This document shows positions 9,561 through 17,012 of a DNA stretch of 64,000 nt, piece after piece. Origin of the DNA: an uncultured Phycisphaeraceae bacterium (GTDB taxonomy: Bacteria > Planctomycetota > Phycisphaerae > UBA1845); assembly GCA_964586145.1 (NCBI GenBank), contig CAZPHH010000002.1, forward strand, positions 38,176-102,175, given 5' to 3'. The notes below the pieces were generated by a model, which saw only the letters and a list, made by a program, of their open reading frames with translations, was not told the origin of the DNA and did no database searches. Both the position numbers and the translations under genes were made by a program. Positions within the stretch are counted from its first letter, which is position 1. Each line of letters opens with the position of its first letter.

Positions 9561-11471
9561 CTATTTCCCCGCGACCGCGGGCAGGCTTCGATTCCGCCAC
9601 TGCCGGGCGAAGACGATCACTGCCTCGATCATCAGCCAGACCGTCAGCACCGCGATGAGCAAGCCGAACAGGAACAGCGCCCGGTACCCGGCGTCGCCGG
9701 ACGCCTGCCAACTGGCGTGGAACTCCTTCAGCTTGAAGACCATCGCCCAGCTCACCATGACGAGCATCAGGATCATCGGGACCAGCGTGTACACGATCGG
9801 CTTGCGCATGGCGAAGAGCATCACGCTGACGATCAGCAGGCCGATGGCCGCCAGCAACTGGTTCGTCGTGCCGAAAAGCTGCCACAGCGCCAGGCCCGCC
9901 GGCCGGCCGTTGATGCGAAGCAGGGCGACCGCTCCGATTGCCACCACCGCGATCACCGCGGCCACGTAGCGGTTGCACAGCAGGGGCAGCCGGACCAGTC
10001 TGCCGATGGTCTCCACGTTGTACCGCAGGAGCCGCGTGCCGGAATCCAGCGTGGTCATCGCAAAGCTGACGATCACCACCGCGATGAAACTTCGCGCCCC
10101 CAGCTTGACGGCCGCCTCATCCACGGCCGGCGATGCGGACATCCACAGAAAGGGCGCCGCAATCAGGTTGGCCGCCCCTTCCAGGAACGCTCCCAGCGCC
10201 ATGTTCTCCGTGAATCCGGCGTTGTACAGGGCGCCGTACCGCTCCGCGCCCAGCCCGGCGCAGCATGCCAGAATCACCAGCACCGCCAGAAATGCCTCCG
10301 TCAGCATCGAGCCGTACCCGACGGCCGTGGCGTCGCCCTCGTTTCGCAGTTGACGGGCCGTTGTTCCGCTGCTGACCAGGTTGTGAAACCCGCTGATCGC
10401 TCCGCAGGCGATCGTAATGAACAGGAATGGCCAGATTGGCTGGTTCCACCAGTCCGGCATGCGGGCGGCCGGTGCGGACATGACCGGTCGGAGCACGAAC
10501 ACGCCGGCCATCAGGGCCAGCAGGCCCGCGTAAAGCTGGTAGCTGTTGATGTAGTCGCGCGGCTGCAACAGCAGCCAAACGGGCAGGATCGAGGCGATGA
10601 ACGCATACAGGAGCAGGGCGTAGGTCCAGGTGTCCTTTGCCTGGAGCTGCGCCTCCCGTACGTCGTCCGCCCAGCCGGCGGCCCGCGTGTGTTTGGGATG
10701 CGACTCGAAGTACGCGATCGCCTCGGCCGGGAATGCCGCCCGCACACCGCCCACCATGGGCACCTGGGGCCGCGGGGCGTCTTCCAGGGCCTGGTGAATC
10801 TCAGAATCGAGGAACTGCTTGTACAGCGGGACGGGCACCTTCATACCGATGTACATCGACCCGAACATCAGGCCCAGCCCCAGCAGCGTGGCCACACCCA
10901 GGTTCCACCGCCGCACGTACACCAGAACTCCGAGGATGGCCGCAATCCCGATCAGCGCCAGCGTCGGTACGACGGCCTGCGGCGACAGGTCCGTGAACAA
11001 CTGCGCCATGAGCAGCGCGAAAACGCCCATCGCCAGCGCCAGCAGGAAGAAGATGATCACCAGAAACAACACCCGCGGCCGGGCCCCAAGCACGTCCCGG
11101 GTCAAATCGCCGATGCCCCGGCCATCGTGCCGCATGGAAGCGTAAAGCGTGGCCAGGTCGTGTACGGCCCCCATGAAGATGCTGCCGAACACCACCCAGA
11201 GCAGCGCCGGCACCCACCCCCACAGCACTGCAATGGCCGGTCCGACGATCGGCCCCAGCCCGGCGATGGAGGAAAAATGGTGTCCGAACAGAATGGCCGG
11301 GTGGGTGGGCACGTAGTCCATGCCGTCGCGGAACCGGTGGGCCGGCGTCGGCCGGCTGGCGTCAAAGCCGAAAATGCGCCGTGCCAGGTACCGGCCGTAC
11401 AGTCGATACGCCAGCACGAACCCCACGGCCGACAACACCGCAATCAACACGCTATTATTCAGAATCGACAT
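9561..11471 (-). CDS. cstA: Carbon starvation protein CstA (peptide/pyruvate transporter family)
   Basis: 636-aa polytopic membrane protein. GRYLARRIFG...HRFRDGMDYVPT...LFGHHFSSIAGLGPIVGP is typical of the CstA N-terminus. Confidence 0.9.
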   Translation of the reverse strand: MSILNNSVLIAVLSAVGFVLAYRLYGRYLARRIFGFDASRPTPAHRFRDGMDYVPTHPAILFGHHFSSIAGLGPIVGPAIAVLWGWVPALLWVVFGSIFMGAVHDLATLYASMRHDGRGIGDLTRDVLGARPRVLFLVIIFFLLALAMGVFALLMAQLFTDLSPQAVVPTLALIGIAAILGVLVYVRRWNLGVATLLGLGLMFGSMYIGMKVPVPLYKQFLDSEIHQALEDAPRPQVPMVGGVRAAFPAEAIAYFESHPKHTRAAGWADDVREAQLQAKDTWTYALLLYAFIASILPVWLLLQPRDYINSYQLYAGLLALMAGVFVLRPVMSAPAARMPDWWNQPIWPFLFITIACGAISGFHNLVSSGTTARQLRNEGDATAVGYGSMLTEAFLAVLVILACCAGLGAERYGALYNAGFTENMALGAFLEGAANLIAAPFLWMSASPAVDEAAVKLGARSFIAVVIVSFAMTTLDSGTRLLRYNVETIGRLVRLPLLCNRYVAAVIAVVAIGAVALLRINGRPAGLALWQLFGTTNQLLAAIGLLIVSVMLFAMRKPIVYTLVPMILMLVMVSWAMVFKLKEFHASWQASGDAGYRALFLFGLLIAVLTVWLMIEAVIVFARQWRNRSLPAVAGK

Positions 11472-11657
11472 GGATCGTCACCGGCTGCTGTCATCCCCTC
11501 CCCACCGCAGCCATTCCGGTAGTCTATCGCGCTGCCCGCGCTCCGCCAACGCTCATCCTCAGTGGCACCGGCTGCACAGGCAGGCCATGGAACTTGATCG
11601 CCGTTCCCAATGCGAAGCGGGCCGGGCACCGCCTGGCGGATCAGTCCTGCTGAAGGG

Positions 11658-12857
11658 CTACTGCGGCGCCGGCAAGGGGAGCTCGTGCGGGCGAGGCAGT
11701 TCGTGGATGCCAGGGCGGCGGTCGGGGTTGTGGGCTTCGGCCCGGAGTTGCAGGGCGATGCGGACGCGATCCAGCCGGCCCAGGCGGCGGCGGGGGGATT
11801 CCGTCGCGCCGGCGCGGCCCCAGAGGTCAAGATAGGCCGCGGCGGTTCGCCTCCAGCTCAGTTGACGGGCGTAGGCAAACGCGGACTCCACGCGCTGCCG
11901 CCTCTTCTCCTCATGCGCTGCGTAGTACGCCACCTGCACGGCGATGCTCTCTGCGTCCTCGCCGGCCACCACGTGCGGGCTGAACGGCTCGCCGCAGACG
12001 TAGTCTCGCTTCAACGGGTCGACGAAGGCCGCCACCACCAGCCGGCGCCGGGCCATCGCTTCCTGCATGGCCATCCGGCCGGCGACGAACGCGAAGCACC
12101 CGTCGGTGATCCGCTCCTGCGCGCCCGGCTGCCACCCGTGGAAGACGATGGGCAGCCGCTGCCGCTCCGCCTTGCGCCGCAGGTGCTCCTCCAACGAGCC
12201 CCCGCCGTACACGTGCAGCGTGATGGTTTGGCGATGCCGATCGCGCAAACACGCAATCGCGTCCACGTAGATCTGGATGCCGCTGTCTGCGTCCAGCCGG
12301 CCCACAAACACCGCGGAATCCGGCGGAGGTTCCGCAACGGCGGGCAGATCGTCCGCCTCCGGCCACAGACCCTGATCGGGCACGATGGTGGGCGCCACCC
12401 CGAGGTGCTTCTCGATGAAACACCCGTCATGCACGACACCGTCGACCCACGCAAGCGATCGGTGGGCCCGCGCCATTTCCGATTCCGGCACGGGGTACGT
12501 ATACGACATGCCGTGCCGAGTCAGGAACACGGGCCGGTCGGGCAGCGTCCACGCCACCATGCGATAGTAGTACTCCAGCACGTGCGTGTTGCTGACGTGA
12601 ATGACGTCCGCCCAGCGGAACAGGCGTTGCCGGCGCATCAGGTGCAGCCAGGCCCGCATCGGCGAGCGGTAGCCCGGGAACCGATAGATCTCAAGGCCGT
12701 CGTGCGCCTCGTGGGAAGGCAGGCCGGGCCGATGAGCCGGCGTGAGAATTCGGACCGCGTGTCCCAGTCCATCCAGCGCCCGAGCCAGCTGGTGGATGTA
12801 CTTCTCCACACCCCCCACCTCCGGCCAGTAACGATACACGAAGAAGAGGATCTTCAT
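11658..12857 (-). CDS. Glycosyltransferase, GT4/GT1-type (GT-B fold)
   Basis: ORF 11658..13109 trimmed to the ATG (rc of 12855-12857). MKILFFVYRYWPEVGGVEKYIHQLARAL is a typical GT4 N-terminus. The start overlaps the upstream gene's stop by 4 nt. Confidence 0.8.
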   Translation of the reverse strand: MKILFFVYRYWPEVGGVEKYIHQLARALDGLGHAVRILTPAHRPGLPSHEAHDGLEIYRFPGYRSPMRAWLHLMRRQRLFRWADVIHVSNTHVLEYYYRMVAWTLPDRPVFLTRHGMSYTYPVPESEMARAHRSLAWVDGVVHDGCFIEKHLGVAPTIVPDQGLWPEADDLPAVAEPPPDSAVFVGRLDADSGIQIYVDAIACLRDRHRQTITLHVYGGGSLEEHLRRKAERQRLPIVFHGWQPGAQERITDGCFAFVAGRMAMQEAMARRRLVVAAFVDPLKRDYVCGEPFSPHVVAGEDAESIAVQVAYYAAHEEKRRQRVESAFAYARQLSWRRTAAAYLDLWGRAGATESPRRRLGRLDRVRIALQLRAEAHNPDRRPGIHELPRPHELPLPAPQ

Positions 12858-13639
12858 AAGTGCTTGCTCCGGGGGTTGGGTGATCCCTTCCGGGCCAGCA
12901 GCAGGAGGTTCAGGCCCATCGCATTGTCGAGCGGGCAGGGGCGATCCGTCCAGGCCGGCCGGCGATGCAGAAACGTCTTGCACACGTGGTCGCCCAGGCT
13001 CTGCAGAAACGCCGTGCCGACCAGCCGTATGTCCACAAGCCCTGCCGAGCGGGCCAGCCGGGCCAGCTCGCGGCGGAAGTAGGGCCGTTCCACGCCGTAC
13101 GGCCACCATCCGCGAAGCTCCAGGTACGCCTTCCAGAGACGGTACGGCAGGCAGGCCGCGTGCGGCACGCTGATGATCGCCAGGCCACCGGGTCGCAGCA
13201 CGTCGGCGTGGGCCTGCACGGCCCGCAGTCGGTCGGGTCCGCGGAAGTGCTCAATCACACCGAGCGAGAGCGAAACGTCAAAGGTGCCCGCGAGTTGGCC
13301 GGCGGCGGAGAGATCGGTACGCACGCACTCTGCCGAGAGTCCTTCCCGTGCGAATCGCTCGGACGCCTGGCTCAAGGCGGTCTGAGAAAGATCGAGAAGG
13401 GTGACTTGCGCGCCATGCCGGGCCAGCAGCAGGGACAGATCACCACGCCCGGCCCCGAGCTCGATCGTGTGAATACCTTCCATCCCACCAAATGCCTCTT
13501 GTAAGGCATCGCGAATGACGGTCCATCGCGTGCTCTGCTCCTCACGGCGGAGTCGGGCGTGGTCCTTGTCCTCGCTGGGCACGTGCCGCCAGACACGTTC
13601 CCAGACAGGCAGTGCCTCGATGGGACCTTGGGTGGTCAT
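12854..13639 (-). CDS. Class I SAM-dependent methyltransferase
   Basis: ORF 12854..14032 trimmed to the ATG (rc of 13637-13639). Motif I IELGAGRGDLSLLLARHG, followed by LDLS and VLRPGG. It has 4-nt overlaps with both neighbours. Confidence 0.8.
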   Translation of the reverse strand: MTTQGPIEALPVWERVWRHVPSEDKDHARLRREEQSTRWTVIRDALQEAFGGMEGIHTIELGAGRGDLSLLLARHGAQVTLLDLSQTALSQASERFAREGLSAECVRTDLSAAGQLAGTFDVSLSLGVIEHFRGPDRLRAVQAHADVLRPGGLAIISVPHAACLPYRLWKAYLELRGWWPYGVERPYFRRELARLARSAGLVDIRLVGTAFLQSLGDHVCKTFLHRRPAWTDRPCPLDNAMGLNLLLLARKGSPNPRSKHL

Positions 13640-14628
13640 GGAACGGCGGTCTCCTCCGACGAGGTGTGCGGAAGACGGGTTCGCATCATCTCCCACAGGG
13701 TCTGCGCGATCCAGACCGAGCCGCGGAAATCCGGCCGATGGAGCCAGGCCCGTTGAAAATGCCGCAGGGCCGGCTGGAAGCGACCGGCCTTGAAGGCGTC
13801 GAAACCCATCTGGCGGCAGCAGGTCACCATCTGGTCGCGCAGGCATCGCCTGGCCTCGCGCGACACGTTCGGAAACCGCCGGCGAATGCGGGTGACTGCT
13901 GCATACTGCTGTCGCACGTTCGATGCGGGGCAGCGAGTGGACGCGCTGTCCCGCTGGCAATACTGAACGCTCAAGGGCTCGTCGACGTAGCCGCACGGCG
14001 CTCGGGCGGCGACCTCCAGGAAGAACAGCCACTCCTCCGAGTACGTCTGATCGGTGAGGAAACGAACATCCGTCCCCAGAACGTCCCGACGAACCATTCC
14101 GGTGATCGTGGGAATGCAGTATCGGCGGACGAGGTGATCCACGGCGTCCGGGCCGCAGACGAACTGGTGGTCACCGAGGTCTTCGGCGGGAATGCAACGG
14201 ACCATCGGTCCGTAACGGTCAATCGTGCTGCGATACCGCGCTCCGTCCAGCGCCTGCGCGGACATGTCGCTGAACACCAGTCCGAGCTCGGGCCGGCGTT
14301 CAAACAAGGCAACCTGCCGAGCCAACTTCTGAGGGAGAAATGCGTCATCCGAGTCGAGAAACGCAACGTACCGCCCGGTTGTCCGGTCGATGCCGGCGTT
14401 CCGGGCTGCGCTGGCGCCGCCATGCGCCTGGCGGATTACGATCAGCCGGCGGCCGAGCGAGGCGGCGTAGCCCGAGAGCAGGGCATCGGTGTCGTCCGTG
14501 GATCCGTCATCCACGATGATCAGCTCCCAATGAGGGTACGTCTGTCCGATGACGGAGTCGATCGCCCGCCCGAGCAGGTGGGCGCGGTTGAAGGTGGGCA
14601 GAATGACGGAGACCGCTCGGTTGCTCAT
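13636..14628 (-). CDS. Glycosyltransferase family 2
   Basis: ORF 13636..14679. I prefer the ATG at 14628 (MSNRAVSVILPTFNRAHLL...ELIIVDDGSTDDT...FLDSDD), which gives the typical GT2 N-terminus and DxD motif. A start at 14679 is possible. Confidence 0.85.
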   Translation of the reverse strand: MSNRAVSVILPTFNRAHLLGRAIDSVIGQTYPHWELIIVDDGSTDDTDALLSGYAASLGRRLIVIRQAHGGASAARNAGIDRTTGRYVAFLDSDDAFLPQKLARQVALFERRPELGLVFSDMSAQALDGARYRSTIDRYGPMVRCIPAEDLGDHQFVCGPDAVDHLVRRYCIPTITGMVRRDVLGTDVRFLTDQTYSEEWLFFLEVAARAPCGYVDEPLSVQYCQRDSASTRCPASNVRQQYAAVTRIRRRFPNVSREARRCLRDQMVTCCRQMGFDAFKAGRFQPALRHFQRAWLHRPDFRGSVWIAQTLWEMMRTRLPHTSSEETAVP

Positions 14629-14642
14629 GTGTGGTTTGGGAC

Positions 14643-15422
14643 TCACCGGCTTTCTGCCGGCCGGCGGCACGTGGTCCACATCCAGTAGTCATGGCCGAGG
14701 CCGACTTGGATTCGCAGAGGCGTCAGGCCGAACCGGCGCAATCGACGCCGCCATTCACACGGCGTGAACGTGACGCCGCCGAAACGTACCGACTTGCCCT
14801 CCCGCCATTGCCAGCATCGGTTGCTGCGAAGGACCTCGCGGCCGGCCATGCGGCGGACCACGTTTTTCACGCGCTCCACGACGGGCAGCGAGCCCTCACG
14901 CCAGTTCTGGATACGGCAGTAGCCGCCGGGCCTCAGGACCCGGGCGATCTCGGCCAGGTAGGCATCCACCACCTCGTACAGCGTGATGTGCTGAAAAGCC
15001 AGGTGCGAGAAGACGAAATCGACGCTGGAATCGGCAATCATCTCCAGCGAGCGCCCGTCGTTCAGGTGCAGCGACGTGTTACGCGTGTCCGCCAGATATC
15101 GCCGCGCATAGCCGAGCATGCGCTCGCTGAGGTCCACGCCGGCGACGTGTCCGCACCGGCCCGCCAGCGCCTTCATCAGCCGGCCCACGCCGCAGCCGAT
15201 CTCCAGGCAGTGCCAATCGCCGTCGAGCGGAACGCCGTCCAGAATCTGCTCGATTGCCGTCTGTGTCTCCCGCTGCCAGATTCGCTCCAGCTCCCGCGGA
15301 TCGCGGGCCTCGTCAATCTCCGGCGACGAGCAGACCCGCCCGAACCGGGCCGTGCCCTCGTCCGCAACGTCCCAGAACTCCCGCGTGTCGCGGAGCCATT
15401 GCTGGTACTCGGTTGCCTGCAC
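14643..15422 (-). CDS. SAM-dependent methyltransferase
   Basis: 259 aa with CLEIGCGVGRLMKALAGR (motif I), GVDLSERML and VLRPGG. Confidence 0.75.
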   Translation of the reverse strand: MQATEYQQWLRDTREFWDVADEGTARFGRVCSSPEIDEARDPRELERIWQRETQTAIEQILDGVPLDGDWHCLEIGCGVGRLMKALAGRCGHVAGVDLSERMLGYARRYLADTRNTSLHLNDGRSLEMIADSSVDFVFSHLAFQHITLYEVVDAYLAEIARVLRPGGYCRIQNWREGSLPVVERVKNVVRRMAGREVLRSNRCWQWREGKSVRFGGVTFTPCEWRRRLRRFGLTPLRIQVGLGHDYWMWTTCRRPAESR

Positions 15423-15776
15423 AAGGTCTCCTTCCGACCGCCGTACGGCCTGTCGAGTGATTCATCGTCCGAAAACCGGTTGACCCTTAGCCGGGCGGAC
15501 GGTTGCCCGGTCGGTCCCGGCGGGGGGAACGCAGGCACGCTCCCGCTCGAGCTCGTCACCAGTGATAACCTTCTTTTTGAAAAAGGGTTCGGTTCGCATA
15601 GGGCCGGCCGGCCCGGGCCTGTGGCGTGTCGAACGCTCGGCGGACACCTGCGATTCTCGCTGCCCCCGAGACGGCCCTTTTTCCGATAAAACCGGGTGCT
15701 GCGACGGGCAAAGCCGCGCGGCGGGCAGGAGCCAGGCTGAAATCGCAGATGATGGACAAGCAGAAAGGGTTGAGCC

Positions 15777-16895
15777 GTGCCGGATAGCATTCCCCTGGTC
15801 AATCTCAAGCTGATGCACGATGAGATCGCCGACGAGCTGCAGCAGGCGATTCGGGAAGTGATCGACTCCAACTGGTTTGTGGGCGGGCCCGTCTTCCAGC
15901 GGTTCGCCGCCGGCGTAGCCTCGTACTGCGGCGTCGACCACTGCATCCCGTGCGGCAGCGGGACGGACGCCATCCACCTCGCGCTGCGGGCGGCGCTGGG
16001 CATCGGCGACGGCGAGCAGGAAGTCATCACCGTGTCGCACACTTTCGTCGGCACCGTGGAGGCGATCGCGCAGGCCGGCTATCAGCCCGTGCTCGTGGAC
16101 GTGAATCCACAGACCTACGTGATGGACCTGGACCAGGTGGAAAAGGCGATCACGTCACGCACGCGGGCGATCGTTCCCGTGCATCTGTACGGCCAGATGG
16201 TGGACATGCCGCGGCTCGCCCAGATCGCCCGCAAGCACGACCTGGTCGTCATCGAAGACGCCGCCCAGTGCCACGGCGCCACCTACGACGGGTATAAGCC
16301 CGGGCAACTCAGCCGGGCGGCTGCGTTCGGCTTCCACCCGGGCGACAACCTCGGCGCCTGGGGCGACGCGGGCGCCGTGGTCACTCAGTACGAGCCGCTC
16401 GCACAGACCGTTCTCATGCTGTCCGATCACGGGCGGCAGTCGAAATACGAGTACGGCGAAGTCGGCATGAACTCACGCACCGACACCCTCCAGGCTGCCG
16501 TCCTGAACACCAAGCTGCGCCACCTGGATCGATGGAACACGTCCCGCCGCCAGATCGCAGGCTGGTATCGCGAGGATCTGTCGTCAGACACCACCTGCAT
16601 TCTGCCTGCCGTCGATCCGAAAGCCGAGCACGTGTACCACCGGTTCGTGATTCAGGTGGATGATCGAGATGACCTCCTGAAGCATCTGCAGAAGCAGGGC
16701 GTCGGGGCCGGCATCCACTATCCGATTCCCATGCACGAGCAGCCGGCCTATGAGTTCCTCGGGCTCGCTCCGCACGACCTGCCGGTGACCCACGAACTGT
16801 GCAAACGCATTCTGTCGCTCCCGATTCACCCCGGCATGACCCGGGCCCAGGTCCAGCGCGTGGCCGGCCTGGTCCGATCTGCCGTGGCCGTCTGA
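15777..16895 (+). CDS. DegT/DnrJ/EryC1/StrS-family sugar aminotransferase homologue lacking the Schiff-base lysine
   Basis: 372 aa, GTG start. Family motifs: GSGTDAIHLAL and VIEDAAQCHGA. The segment FGFHPGDNLGAWGDAG aligns with the family's SF(Y/H)PxKNLGaxGDxG, but codon 16344-16346 is GAC (Asp) where the PLP lysine is expected. Confidence 0.85.
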   Translation: MPDSIPLVNLKLMHDEIADELQQAIREVIDSNWFVGGPVFQRFAAGVASYCGVDHCIPCGSGTDAIHLALRAALGIGDGEQEVITVSHTFVGTVEAIAQAGYQPVLVDVNPQTYVMDLDQVEKAITSRTRAIVPVHLYGQMVDMPRLAQIARKHDLVVIEDAAQCHGATYDGYKPGQLSRAAAFGFHPGDNLGAWGDAGAVVTQYEPLAQTVLMLSDHGRQSKYEYGEVGMNSRTDTLQAAVLNTKLRHLDRWNTSRRQIAGWYREDLSSDTTCILPAVDPKAEHVYHRFVIQVDDRDDLLKHLQKQGVGAGIHYPIPMHEQPAYEFLGLAPHDLPVTHELCKRILSLPIHPGMTRAQVQRVAGLVRSAVAV

Positions 16896-16938
16896 CGCAG
16901 AGCACCGACACAGACGCGTCGCTTCACTCAGAGAACAA

Positions 16939-16975
16939 GGCACCCCATCGCGGGCCATGTCCGCGATGGGGTGCC
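16939..16975. terminator. Perfect 15-bp-stem hairpin between convergent genes (putative bidirectional terminator)
   Basis: ggcaccccatcgcgg (16939-16953), loop gccatgt, ccgcgatggggtgcc (16961-16975). There is no U-tract on either side. Confidence 0.5.
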
Positions 16976-17012
16976 GGCGTTCCTGCAGATACGTGCCCGG
17001 GCGCGGGGACGC

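Noticed and set aside
11563-11576. Sigma-54-like TGGCACcggcTGCA on the plus strand in the cstA upstream intergenic region. Similar near misses: TGGCCTgcctgTGCAG on the minus strand there, and TGGAAAcacgccCTGC at about 36457.
   Set aside because: The GG-to-GC spacing is off by one or two nucleotides from the strict -24/-12 geometry, and the orientation at 11563 does not face a gene start.
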